From positions 1,426,001-1,490,000 of the forward strand of contig CM038998.1 of NCBI GenBank assembly GCA_017499595.2: a stretch of 64,000 bases of DNA, read 5' to 3'. Made by a program: the position numbers and the translations under genes. Shown in pieces: positions 51,381 to 64,000 of this stretch. The stretch is from Psilocybe cubensis (taxonomy: Eukaryota). Numbering within the stretch: position 1 is the first letter of the stretch; the number at the start of each line of letters is the position of its first letter. Under the pieces are notes generated by a model that saw nothing but the letters and a program-made list of their open reading frames with translations, was not told the origin of the DNA and did no database searches.

Positions 51381-54300
51381 TTAAAAGTACAAGCTAGCAG
51401 CAAACACAACTAGACAAAAAATAAGATATCATGAATGAATAATAAAAAACAGACTGAAGACTTACTGTCTCGTTTGATCTTGATCTGACACTCCTCCATC
51501 TTCTTGAACAGTTCAGCATCGCCTATAACACGAGCGGCATCTCGAACTTCACGGCAAGTCTCATCTAGTCGAGTGATAACGCGAACAATGGTCCCTTCCG
51601 CGACGTCTGTCAGTGCAGTTATTTGTTCGAATGGCTGGAATAATAGTGAGAATATAAGGCAAATTAACGAGGACTGCTCCATTTACCATGCCTTTAGCCC
51701 ATTCATAGACCACTTCGACGAGCCCAAACTTGAGGTTGGATCGGAATTCTTCTACAGAAACCTTGTGGAAGTCTTGAACTCTGCCAACTCGGTCGCTAAT
51801 TGCCACGATGGCATCTCGGCCCACTTCCAGCTTTGGTGATAGCAGAGGCTCCACGTCCGTTTTTTCTTGGAAAACAAAACACGACAGTAAAGCAACAACT
51901 TCCTCAGGGTCATAACTGGCCAATGTGTTTTCCAAAATCAGCTCAGTCAGGACAAGCTCATTCGCTGAATTGATCTACAACATTTTCATACACCTGCATG
52001 AGTGTACCCATGCTGCCAAAATATAAAGCAACATACCTCACAAGCCACACGGCCTTTCAACTGGATGGTAGAATTTTCATCGATGAATTTGAGGTCTTTC
52101 AAAACAGCAATGCGTTGTTCGTAGTCTGGTATTAACTCCAAGTTTTGATCCGATATCGCAAGTTTTAAGAAGGCTATGTTAGCTCGGAGTATCTTCTGTC
52201 CGTGTATCAGCCTATACTGCTCGCTGTCAGGACGTTGTGCTTTAGAGATTTGGAATATGACGTTACATGATGATCAAAATCCGGACACATAACACAGATA
52301 TTGTTCTGGATTTGTCTGACCAGAAAATCTCGAGAGCGTAGAACTTCTTGGAACTCCAAAGAACGCATCCGGCTCCAGTCAACCTCTGGTATCGATTCCC
52401 CTGATGACCATTCTTCAACAACTGACTGGAGAGATGAGATGGCATCTTTCATTCGTGAAATCAGATGCCGATCGACAATGTCATTGACCTGAACCTGTCG
52501 ACGATATGAGTAGTTTGTGTACATGTTACGAATCAAAAACGGACCTGAATCATGCGGTTGCTAACCATGACAATACTAGTTAGCGGAACAGCTGTTAGTT
52601 CATAAACTCCGGATTCGACTTTCAGTTGCTGGGGTTTTATTGGCCATGCAGGGGGAATGGCATAGGATTCGATATCTTGGAATTGAATTCACCAGTTAAA
52701 TGCCAAGGATGAACGAGAGCATTCACAAAAGTTCACCTTCTCCACCACTCTTAGTATTTGGATGGACCCAAGCAAGCACAAAATAAGTCTTAACCTTGGC
52801 GAGCAGTCCAGAGTCCAAGGTTTGAATAGGGGCTTGTTTGAGAATCACAGCAACGTTGTTAAGTCGGAAGTGCTAATGTGCAGCTCTCGATAAAAATGGA
52901 CACTTAAATATTACAGAGGACTCTTACCCCATCCCGTAAAATGACAACACGTCCAGCATTGAGTATCTTGGAACCTTGAGATTGACTGAGTGCCATTTCC
53001 AACAGGCTTTGATTTTTTTCTATGATATCTCGAGTTTGATCATAATGATGCTCGATATCCGGCAAACACTTTGGGCAATCCAACCGTGGCAAGGCGGATA
53101 GAGACCTTTCGCTCTAAGTCGCTAATTAGCACAATTAAAAACTGATGATCAGGACTGTTAATGACTGACCTCTATCACCTTCTGTTGCTGCTCGGGTAAA
53201 AGTCGTTGGGAAGAATTTTCGGAGAAACTACGTTTAATCATCTCTTCCACCCTCAAAGCTTCCACTCGTAGTAAGTTTAAAATCATGTTATACGTTAATC
53301 GGAATTGAGAAGAAAGCTTTCCTGGGACGCCAAGAATCATAGTATGGAGTGTCGTTTGCTAATATTGGTTTGAGCGACATAGAATTGGTGATAACACACA
53401 GGGAAGCAGACCTCAGGCAGATTGTCGTTTGCAATAATAATAACCGTCCCAGTAGGGTCAAGACCACGTCTACCAGCTCTACCGGCCATCTGCGTATATT
53501 CACCGGGAAGAATATCACGAAAATTGCGACCATCGTGCTTCCTAATACTGGAGAAAACCACGCATTTTGCTGGCATGTTTACGCCCTATAAACCACAAAA
53601 AAATGAGCAACGATAGGGAGGATAGTATTCGTTCCCCACCATGGCGAAGGTTTCTGTGGCAAAAAGTATCTTCACCAATCCACGAGCAAATAAGATCTCT
53701 ACCAACTTCCAGAACAACATTAATTAGGCGAGATTGGCATTAGCAAAACAAAATAAAAACCTACCTCTTTCACCAATGGAAGAAGACCACCGTGATGAAT
53801 ACCAATTCCACGAGATAGTAAATCCCGAGTTCTCACAATCTGTGGAAGTTTTCTATCCGAGCCTTCCCATTCACATTTAGGATAGAATTTATGAAAGGGA
53901 AATCAGACTTACCCTTCAGACGGGCGAGTGCCTTCTCAACGGCGACGTGAACTTCGCTCTTTTCCACAGACGTACACAAATCTGCATTTGTTAATGTCGC
54001 AGCGTTCTCTTCGCAACGTTTCTTCGAGAAGGTGAAAACAACAACCGGGAGTAGGGCCTTTTTACGCAGATGACCAAGCAGGTGCACGTAAAGATTTTTG
54101 TCCGCTCCGGTGTGAATTGTTCTCCCAGGTGCTCCTCCGCTGCCGCCACGCCCACCTCTCAGAGGTACAGGACCACCTCGACCACCGCCACCGCGTTGCT
54201 GTCCTCGCTGGGCTGGGGCGGTGCCACGAGCACCAACACGTTGAACAGGGGGGAGTCCTGCAGCTTCGCGTTCTTTATCTTGTTTTCGCCGCAAAGCTTC

Positions 54301-56248
54301 TCCAGCTTCTTTGTATCTAATAAAATGTAAATCCACACGGAGGAGTTTATTTAAGACAGCGACTTGCCCTTGGCTAACAAAGTTTCTCTGTGCATCGACA
54401 ATCTTATACGTATCACGACCAGCATATAGATAATGTTCAAGTGGAACGGGACGTTGAGGTGTAGATATCACATAAATATCCTTTTTCTTCGTCCGCCTGT
54501 GTGGCCAAATAATATAAAAATCAGAAAAACATAGTCGGATATGAGCATCTCACCCAACCCAATCAGCAAACTCTTTTGTGTTCGGGACGGTTGCGGACAA
54601 CAAGATGATATTGACATGGTCAGGGAGCATGATAATGACTTCTTCCCAAACGACACCTCGCTATTGCAATCAGGAATGAGCTCAAAGTTTTGCAAGGCTA
54701 GTGAGGCGCGTATACCTCAGCGTCATTGACATAGTGTACTTCGTCAAATATGACAAACTCCACGTCGCGTATAAGATCGGCACCTTTGTAGAGCATGCTT
54801 CGCAAGATTTCGGTAGTCATAATCAAGCAACTTGCTTCAGGATTTATTTGAACGTCTCCAGTTAGAATTCCGACCGATGAAGAAGAAAATGTTTGCTTGA
54901 AATCACGAAACTTTTGATTTGAGAGGGCTTTGATAGGGGATGTATATATAGCTCTAAATGGAAAAAGTTAAACTCAAGAATCGATACTTGATCCAAGTAC
55001 TTACCGTGTCATATGCTTCTCGGCCAAAGCTATAGCATACTCGGCCACCACAGTTTTTCCTGCAGAGGTATGAGCAGCAACAAAAACTGAATCACCCATT
55101 TCAAGGTGATATACCGCTTGTTTTTGAAAAGTATCAAGTTCAAAGGGGTACTTAATGTATTTGCGTTAGTTTCTGAAATGCAGCGGAAAACATTAGAGCA
55201 TACTTTATGGGCCATTTCTGGGACAAGTTCGTGAAAGTTCGTTAGAGGCATATTGACGTCGATGACATGTGCCCAATCCCGTGTTTGAGCCATAACTCTC
55301 TTCATGCGTCGTTTCTTCAACCCAACAGGCCTAAGGTTTGAGCGCTGCATTACAGAAAAGTTAAAGGGTATAGAATTTTTTTAAAAAAACGAGAATACTC
55401 ACCGAAGCGGGTAGAAGGGCATCTACTTCCTTGGTCTGATCCAGAGGAATCTCGTCTTCTACGTCAGCCTTCATATTGTGATTAGCATTGGGGCTGTGGG
55501 CACTGTTTTGTTGTTAATTCTGACCTCATTCTCTGCTTCATCCACATCTGCTTCAACGTCCTGTTCAAAATCAACTAAATTCTCATCCTCGACTGGATCT
55601 CCAGGAAGGCGCAGACCCCTCTCAAACCCAGGCGGAATTGTCCTGATGCCCTTTGGTTGCTCCGTATTCTTGCTATCTTTGGATAGTTCAAGCTGTGTGT
55701 CCTCAAATCCTCCCGGCCAAAACGGTACATATCCAGATTTCCCTCTTACAAAATTTTTGCTGGGTGCCGGGGTTCTGTCAAGCGACGTTGATGTCGAGCC
55801 AGTTTTTTGACGAACTGGAACCGTCTACAGGAAACAAATTTAATTTAACGAAGAAGCCACACCCCAATGAAATCTTATCGAACCTCCCTGTATCCCGTTA
55901 CCCTTCCATCAAGGCCAGAACGAATAAAGTTTAAGACTGTAGGTGGAGGCGCCGGCTCTGCGTTCAGCAAATCAGGAACGGAGATCTGGTGTTGCCAATG
56001 ACTGATAGAAATGAAAGGGTCAGTCGCCACTGATGCTGAAGTGAAGGCAGATCGCACACTTGATAAGAAGGTAGCCATTGGTCTGGGAAAGTACTGGGAG
56101 GTAAAAGAAGCCTTTTTTCTATATCGTTGTGAACCTCGGAAGCCGTTGGCGTTTCAGCTAATTGTAATCGTGCTAAAAACTTTGAAGCATCCTCAATGCT
56201 AGGATTTACGATCCGGTCGATAACTTCAAGGCGGGAATTCATATCCAT
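51381..56248 (-). CDS. SKI2: Antiviral DExH RNA helicase Ski2
   Basis: [94 protein letters not shown], an RG-rich insert, and the DSHCT C-terminus [17 protein letters not shown]...[13 protein letters not shown]. Confidence 0.96.
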
Positions 56249-56624
56249 TTGAGAATGTTTGATTAGATAGTCCTGTAGAGCAGGCGACACATAGGCATGT
56301 AATTGCGAGCTGAAAATAATGATACAGTAGTAAAACTCACTACATTGAACTAACGTAATAACACAGCCACCTGAAAGTGTTGTTGGATGAGGCTGGCTCA
56401 AGCGCTATGAACTTCATCTCGCTTAGGTACCTGAACCAAGCAACAATGAAATAATTCGTTGATCGATATAGAGAACAATTCCATTAAACAGAAATAATGT
56501 CTGAAGTTTTTGTATAGAGCACAGTATTACGCAGGATGTTAGGGTATCACATTAGTATGATTGGTTTCGTAAGTAGCAAGCCTCAAGCCAACTCTGAAAA
56601 GCTTAAGGTTGACCGGGACTATGT

Positions 56625-58084
56625 TTACCTTACTTTCTTCCGAGCGTATACACATTGTAATCGCGTGTATTGTGTAACTTTTCGCTCTTCCATTTCTCGT
56701 ATTGCGCCTTGTTCCAGGGTGTCAACAATCTCCTCCGGCAGGCCACTTCCCAAAAGTAAAGGCCTACCAGCGCCTAGAAATGCCTGTGTTCACTAAGGAT
56801 TAGCTTCGGAAAATAAATTTTGAAATAGTGAGATGCCGCACCGTTGTATTTTCTTTCATTTTCCGATAAAACCGCCGTGTAGCCTCTGTTTCATTGGGAC
56901 TGTAAGGCGGAGGGACTATTGGCAACCAAAATTCTCTATATACGACATCTTCGAACAAGGGATTGCTTAGTACCCATTCGTGAAGATGCGTTGCAGCGTC
57001 CACATCTCCGCCGATGTTCTTGATCGAGGCAGCCAAAAATGACATCCAACGGGCCCACCAAGGCGGAGCGACTTCGTGAGTGCCCAGTTCAAGGCGGTTA
57101 TGGTCTTTGTCGTACATGTGGAAATCGAACTCAGAAATGTCAAGTAGGCCATGAGGCCGCAGAACACGGCACATCTGATCGACAAGAAGATGATAGTCTT
57201 TGACCTGAGAAATGCATTAATAAGCCATGAGGCGAGTACAGAAAAGACTTAAAAGTCCGTACTCCTGATGAGATAAGACGTGCATGTACAACATTGAAAT
57301 CTCCGTAGAAGTGCTCCAAACCAAGATTAACATCATCTACCTCGCTCCTATAGGTAAATTACACAGTTCAGTGTGCATAGAAATGTCAGAGAATTGGACA
57401 CTCGCCTAAGGTTTGGTGGCATGCTTCTATCGAAGCAGGCTATATGTTAGCATTCGTCTATAGACTGGAAGGAGGTAATAGACGACTAACGGAGATTGCA
57501 TAGGTATCAAATCAACTGCGACAGCACTGCAATGAGGAAAATCCCGAGCAACGTCCATAATCCTGAGGAAATCCATTCATGAAGGTCAGTGAACTGCGTA
57601 AATGATATAAACTATCCGCCTTACCAACTTCCGCTTCCGCAACCAAGATCTAAGCATGCCTTCGTCTCCCCCGGGACATCGTCTGCCATGACAGCCTCCA
57701 TGGGAGGTGCATATTTTTCGCCCATGATATCGACAAATATTGTATGCTGTTTGTCTTAGAAAGATGGAAAATAGTCGTTGGTGGCGCATCCGGAGGAATT
57801 GGGCATCAACAGGGCATACCAAGTCGTTCTAGCTCCTGTTCGTCTGCGGGAAGACGGTAAAGTTCTGAGTACGTTTGGAGACCGCGACCGTATTCTTGCC
57901 TTTGGAAGTTTGCTTGCATTGAATCGGTCAGAGAAAGGACTGATTCCGGGGATTCTGAACGCATGGACGGGTCTACGTCGTAAGAGGTGAGTGAGCTTGC
58001 CATACTGTAGTCCGACTCGCTAGGGGGAGGCATTCCTGAGCGCACAGAGTTGATTTCGCTTTCGGTGTCGCTGTCCACGTCCAT
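56625..58084 (-). CDS. LaeA-like (Llm/TAM-type) SAM-dependent methyltransferase
   Basis: EYGRGLQTYSELYRLPADEQELERL/DKQH, CLDLGCGSGSW/IMDVARDFP, AVDLIPMQ, PPNL/RSEVDDVNLGL, VVHARLISSG, and RVLRPHGL. Confidence 0.88.
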
Positions 58085-59990
58085 GGTTATCAATGGACTA
58101 GTACTGAATTTGGGAGAGGACGGCCATTTATACGAAAAAAAACAGGCTTAAAGTAGTTTTTTGAATAGATCAGCGTGCGAGTCGGATTCGGCGGATATTG
58201 GTGATCCCCGAAGAATATATAAACGTGGCAAGGATGAGGAGGAACACGCAAAATCAAAATACAAGGGACAGACCAGACTACTGTTTGTGCCAACTTCTGC
58301 AATTGGAGTTGGCGTTTACTTGGCACGGTTGTGTTATTTCTGTCCGCTGCCGAATGTTACCGGCCTTTTCTTCCATTTTAGGCAATTTCTGGCCACACCG
58401 CCGTAAGGGCTCGCCCTCGCCAGTCTCGCGCCAAACCCACAATCTGACTCGGTAACTTGGAAGGTCTATTCCGCCAGTTGGCTGTACATGCCCCTGCATA
58501 CCACGCCCAATCCAGCTCCGCTAAACGTATCTGTCTATTAGGACTTGGTCGCTTCTTCTCTGCAACTTTATTCTCGGTTTATCAGGAAGAAATATCCTTT
58601 CTGTGGGCTAACACGCCTATGTTGGTTGTTCTCACTACAGCCAGCTGTTTTTAGAAACTCTGGGGTGCTCTCGCTGATACTACCACGCTTTATTTCTGGC
58701 CGCAGATACAGGCGCAGGGTATTTTTCGGTACACGGAGTCTCTTTGGGCTACACTTATTTACAAAAGGTATCAACAATGCGTCACCCGGGTTAACAGACC
58801 CCTACAGACCCTTCCTGTATGAGGCAGTGATCTGGGGAAGCTGTGAATCCATTTTGCCGGTACTACGGGGCTAAATATTGCGCTTACACACCGTGTTAAA
58901 CACAAGCACAACCTACGGGACATAATCTTTCTTTGAAAACCCCTGACATCAGCTGCTCAACTGTGCAGACAAACATACCGTATATACCCTCTGAAACAAT
59001 CTCAGCCGTCATGGTACACCAAAGTCCCTGTGATAACCCTTGTGGTGGCTTGATCTGCCTGGACAATCCATCAATTCATGTAGGACATGCTGCGTGTTTT
59101 GTCCCGATTTCAAAACGACACGCTCCGTTACCCCCGCCGATAACAGGGCACGGCGACTGCTGCATATGATACTTTTGAATCATATTCCGTCGAATCAGGT
59201 GTGCTTTAAGGATGAAAAAATCTGACGATTTATCTCATACTGGATTCTTTTCCATCTCATACTTCTTACCTCCGCCATCTGTACCGCAGTCGTTAAAAAC
59301 ATCGGGTCTTATAGCATAATTCCGCGAGGATGTCCTGTCGATGTAAACATTGTGGCAAGGGACAGGATTACCTACCAAATGTATCTTTGGTTTCCGCACA
59401 GACTAGAAGAATTTTCTGGATTCTCGTGGTGGATTGAATAGCCTCACCTTTGCCATAGGAATTGGAGCCGCCTTTTGATATTTTTGGAGCCCTGTTGAGC
59501 TAAGCCTGCCCCCTGACAATTGCAAGACTAGAAGGGACATGATACATTGCAGCTAAAGTGCGACTTCTTCAAGTTGTAGTGTCAAAGGTAAAGAAATGCA
59601 TGTCCGACCGATATATGTCATTATCCATTTGCCACAAACCCTTCTAGGTTCTTCTGTCCTACAGCTAGATAACCCATGCATGTCTTCAACCTCGCTAGCT
59701 TGTATATGCCATGCAAATTTTGATCTGAGCTCCCATAACTCATTCTCGTATTTAACTGTAATTTCGGGTACCTAGTTGATCACCGTTTGCATACCCATTA
59801 CATAGTAAACTTGCATATCTAAAGCATGTAAGGCGCATGGTCTTCACAGTCGGGTGGAGCTCTTACAAGCCACGACTCAAAAGAAAATTTTGACAATGAA
59901 AGCGACCCGGGTTATAATTCTTCTATTCTGAGAAAAACATGTTGACTGGTACATTGCAATGGGTATAATTATTTAACCTCCCTAGTCAAC

Positions 59991-61265
59991 CTATCGCTTC
60001 TTGAGTTGAGCAAACCTTCTGGATAGAACCTCGAATTCGTCCTCGATCGGCGGTGGACTCGAAACAGAAGACTTTTTAGAGTCTGTTGCTTTTGAAGATG
60101 GTTCAGGAGTTGTAGAAGAACTCCCTTGATCCTTTGATTTGTTTGCTTCGTCCGTCTTTTCGGTTGGATCAGTAGGTGGTACGTCTTCCTTTTGTTCGTC
60201 CTGGAAACGGATAAATTAGAATCTGTGAGGTTCTTTTCCTATCTAAGAGTTATGACGTACCTTCATGTCTTGGACAAGGCTCGCGGGATTAGGGTCATCG
60301 GGAGACGACCAGGGTACACCATATGCCTTGGTGATTTCTCTTATGTAGGCGTCTACCAATGCAGGGGCAGGAGTAACATTAATTATCTTGCTCATAACCT
60401 ACAAGATGCGGTGTTAAAACGTTCGCATATTTAGATACTTAGAAACTCGACAACTTACGCGATTGCTTACACAGCCATTGCGGTTCTCCATGACACCCAC
60501 AGCGAATTCACGTCCGTATTTGTGCATCAAGATATCCCGAAGGATATGCAATTCTATTCGCATGGCGTGAACCAGCATGGAAAATATGCAAACTTTTATA
60601 ACCTACCCTTGAGTTCAGTACGTGGTGCGGCATGAATAATACTGCACACCCCTTCAACAATACCTGCAAGGAACAAATTAAACTTTCCGCTCCAGCTTGA
60701 CTATTTTTCCTGCCCACCTGGATCGGGCTCTCGAGTACTGAGAGCCTATTAATGCCCGATGTCGTCGTAGAAGTAAAATATAGAATGCTCACTTCTGATC
60801 TAGAAGCCCGAATCGCGCCAATAGCAACTCGCAATACAATTCCAGGAGCTCCAGTAACTCGATATAAATGTCTTCATTGATTACTGTCCAGGGATCAACC
60901 AACGTTGCTGGGATGGTGAGGTAAAGGGTAACATACTCGTCTCTACCTTGATACGGGCAGTTTCTATCTTTCCTCGCTCTATCAAGTTGGCTATGTCGCG
61001 GCGAGCAGCCTTAGCCTGTGCTTCTTTCTTTTGCTGAAGCGTTCGCAAGCGCTGAACTGACAACCTGAAAGAGTGATGGATAAGATATGAGGGTATGGAC
61101 TTGCAGAATTAACGATCACTTCAGTTGAACCTTCAGACAGATAGGTTGTGATGAGTTATGTACTTGATCGTCCAGTCAGCGCGCGACTGTGGTTACTTTC
61201 TACGAGTGCGCAGGATCATTTGGCAGCGATCTCACCTTGGCTTTGGCGGAGTTCCACATCGACAT
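59991..61265 (-). CDS. IST1: ESCRT-III-associated Vps4 regulator Ist1 (DUF292)
   Basis: MSMWNSAKAK/VQLK/LSVQRLRTLQQKK...RRDIANLIERGKIETARIKVE, EDIYIELLELLELYCELLLARFGLL, KYGREFA, and the C-terminal MIM FEVLSRRFAQLKKR*. Confidence 0.92.
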
Positions 61266-62001
61266 CGTCAAGATATCTATTAGAAAGCGAAGTAGTCAGG
61301 AGGCAGCTTTAACTTGACAAAGAGTGTGCAAGGAGTGCTGGCCCGCGATCATTGCAAATGACGGTGTGCTTGCATTGAAGGCTGTTGGCAAATATGAATG
61401 ACAAATTGAGATGAGTCATGCAGAAGTCCTCTCAAGGCACCGTAAGCGATCAGGTTCAGGGACGACGACACTTTAAAGTCGCAACCTCAGCGAGGAACCG
61501 TTTCAATGATTTCTTTGTTCAAATGATTCGACAAGTCGAGGAACATATTTCGTTCGAGAAAAACAGGGCATGGAACACTGTTCAGTTTGCAAAGAAATGC
61601 AGTGACTAGACAGCATCTCGGCCGGGGCACATCTCCGTTGTGCTGTGCTTATTCGTGAGTGATTTACGGCGGGTTGGTGGAGGAAACATGGTATTTTTTG
61701 CAATGATTCTTATATGTCGACTATAGCTAGCTGATAAGCCAATGGCCGATGAAGGGTTTTACCCCTAATGGCGATTAACCGTCTGTGTTGATGGTTGTCG
61801 GGGCCCAGACACCTGGATTAGGACAGTCTGCCCGTTACAACTCGATTTCTTACTCACGACCGACTCTCGCCCCTTCCTTTCGATTCTCTCTCTATCTTCA
61901 TCTACATGCTCGCTCATTTGCCAATTCTGTAATACCTTTCTTGCTGTTCAATATATAATCGCTCCACTTTCTTGATACGATCGTTTTCTACAACTATAAT
62001 C

Positions 62002-64000
62002 ATGGTCTCTCAGACTCGCTCACAGGCTGTGCGTCAGTCGCTGCATCTCCTCATATCCCCTCCACATCCCAATTCCAAGGTTGCTGTCGCCCCTCAGACC
62101 CCTGATTCGGCTCCTTTGGTCGTTCAATCCGACAATATTAGCCCTCCACCGAGCCCCCAACAACCCGATTCCGTCATGTTCTCCGTACTTTGCCAATACG
62201 ACTTTGAAGCCCAAGAATCCGGTATGCTATCGTTCAGGAAGGGGCAGATATTAGATGTTGTCAAACGTGATGGGACGGGCTGGTGGGCAGCCATGCCGAA
62301 AGAAGGTACCGTCGTGGGCTGGATACCTCAGGCCTTTGTTCGTGCTCTTTCTAGCGATATGGCTGATCGGTTACGAAACTTGGGCGAAGAGTTTCGAATA
62401 CCTGAATTCGAGGCCGAAGAGCTCTATAACAACACACACACCTACGAGAGCGGCGCACATGTTTTTGATTCCGATTCTGACAGTCCCACATCTGCTACTT
62501 ACGAAGACTTCTTCAAGGTACATCTGTGTTCTACTCGCTGAATCAAGTTGCTAATGAATGAATTCCAGTCGCATTCTAGTTCTTCGATTGCCACATCCTA
62601 TAATTCAAAAGATACCCCAAACAAGGTCGAAGGCCGAACAATACCCTCCACTTCACAGTCGTCATCCTCTTCATCACGGCGGTGCCAACAACTACATCCG
62701 CCACCATCTCCGTCATCGCCCATGCCTATACCCCCTGCCGGAGTTTCGCGGTCTATATCGCTTGATAAACCTACTCCACTGACACCTCCGCCAGACACCG
62801 ATAGCCGAGCGAGAGCGGGTTCCCTGTCCAACCGTCATATTCGTCGGCGACCTGTCATGGTCAACGATGACCCAACATTGCGGCAGTTGTCTACTCTTAT
62901 TGAAACCCAGGACTTGAAGAAGATCGATGAAATAGCAAGTCCAGACATCACTGGTTCATTCGATGCCATGTTCAAGAGCACGCGGCAGGACCAGCTTCGC
63001 CGAAAACCCAGCCAGACAATCAAACAGATGACGAAGAAAAATTACATACCGACAATATCCATTTGTAAACCTCGCTATTTCAAGCCACAATATGCCGATC
63101 AGATTGATGAGGATGACAAGGGGCACATACGCTTTGCATCAATACCAGCTCTAATTGAACGACTAACGCTAGTTACAGGAAGTAACGATCTTACAAGTAA
63201 GTTGAACTGCTTTCAAATCTGGCATATGTACACTAAACAGTATATGTTTAGAACAAACCGAAGGCAATTCCTTCACAAATGTTTTTCTTACAACCTTTCG
63301 GACGTTCATGACTGCAGATCAACTTTTCGAGCTACTCATTGACAGGTTCAATTTGAGACCCCCCAAATCACTAATAGAAACTGAGTACGAGGATTGGTCG
63401 ACAAATCTTCGAGAACCCGTTCGTCAAAGGGTTCTTGAAGTTTTTGAACTATGGCTATCGAAGCACCGTCTTTTGGAAGAGGAACCTCACATTGGACGAG
63501 CTCTTGGCGCCTTTCTGAGTAATTTGGGCGGTACACATGCAGAGATGGCTATCAAGCTAGCAAAGGAGATCGCACAATCGGTATGACCAAGAATAGTATA
63601 TACAGAAGAAAACTCTAATCTTGTATTTACAGTCATCAGTCCTCCCATCTTCATCGTTGCGTGCTGTTTCTCCGAGCAAAACCAAAATGGCCAAAGCGCA
63701 AAGGATCGACCTACTTAAACTGGATCCCATACGCGTAGCAGAGCAACTCACTCTCTGGGAGTATGCCTTGTATATCAAAATAACTCCACAACAATGTCTC
63801 TCTTATGCGAAAGCCAAGGCAAGAACTAATCCAGACCCCGCGTTCGCCAATTTACAGGAGTTTTGTGCTACTCATGACAAGCTCAACGGATGGGTAAAGA
63901 AAACTATCCTCATCTCCGACTCCCTTCCCAAACGAGCAGACACCGTCGAATTCTGGATCAAAGTCGCCGAAAAGTGCCGAACGTTGAACAACTTCTCGTC
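62002..64000 (+). CDS. SH3-domain Ras guanine-nucleotide exchange factor (Cdc25/Sql2-like), 3'-truncated by the window edge
   Basis: SH3 (VLCQYDFEAQESGMLSFRKGQILDVVKRDGTGWWAA...VGWIPQAFV), REM (IRFASIPALIERLT; FLTTFRTFMTADQLFELLIDRF) and the start of the CDC25 domain (DPIRVAEQLTLWEYALYIKI; WVKKTIL...RADTVEFWIKVAEKCRTLNNFS). Confidence 0.9.

Noticed and set aside
59470-59480. ATTTTTGGAG, an Sm-site-like word
   Set aside because: No recognisable snRNA sequence, such as the U2 branch-pairing region, is adjacent.
58200-59900. Short ORFs and several TTGGC/GCCAA words upstream of the LaeA-like gene
   Set aside because: I found no recognisable protein motifs or spliceable gene model, and the words are too short to assign to a factor.
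1-64000. Many antisense or alternative-frame ORFs in the ORF track; searched for tRNA, rRNA, CRISPR, transposase and CAAX pheromone precursors
   Set aside because: The extra ORFs shadow real exons and lack motifs. None of the other elements was recognisable by eye, although intron-containing tRNAs or snoRNAs could have been missed.

Overview
This is a gene-dense, intron-rich eukaryotic region from a basidiomycete fungus, most likely an Agaricomycete. The evidence is short GT-AG introns of about 45-70 nt, micro-exons and mushroom-type protein sequences. About 23 protein-coding genes can be reconstructed by hand. In order they are FAB1/PIKfyve (running off the left edge), CSN2, three adjacent mitoribosome genes (mL40/MRPL28, uL1m/MRPL1, RSM22), SAD1/USP39, and two spliced microprotein genes not resolved by the ORF track (a PIGBOS1-like 66-aa protein and a stand-alone 77-aa dsRBD protein). 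These are followed by G-protein beta, a GM130/Golgin-45-like coiled-coil golgin, a protein with four KLxxxFG motifs, NVJ2/TEX2-like, a frame-disrupted kelch-like gene, a hypothetical gene, a 'D-less' Coq1 paralog and a Roadblock/LAMTOR2-like gene. The last part holds SIF2/TBL1-like, DCAF11/WDR23, an S/P-rich hypothetical gene, an atypical homeodomain-like gene, SKI2, a LaeA-like methyltransferase, IST1 and an SH3-RasGEF (running off the right edge). I recognised no tRNA, rRNA, CRISPR array or transposon. Gene models and family calls come from manual reading and recalled motifs, not database searches.
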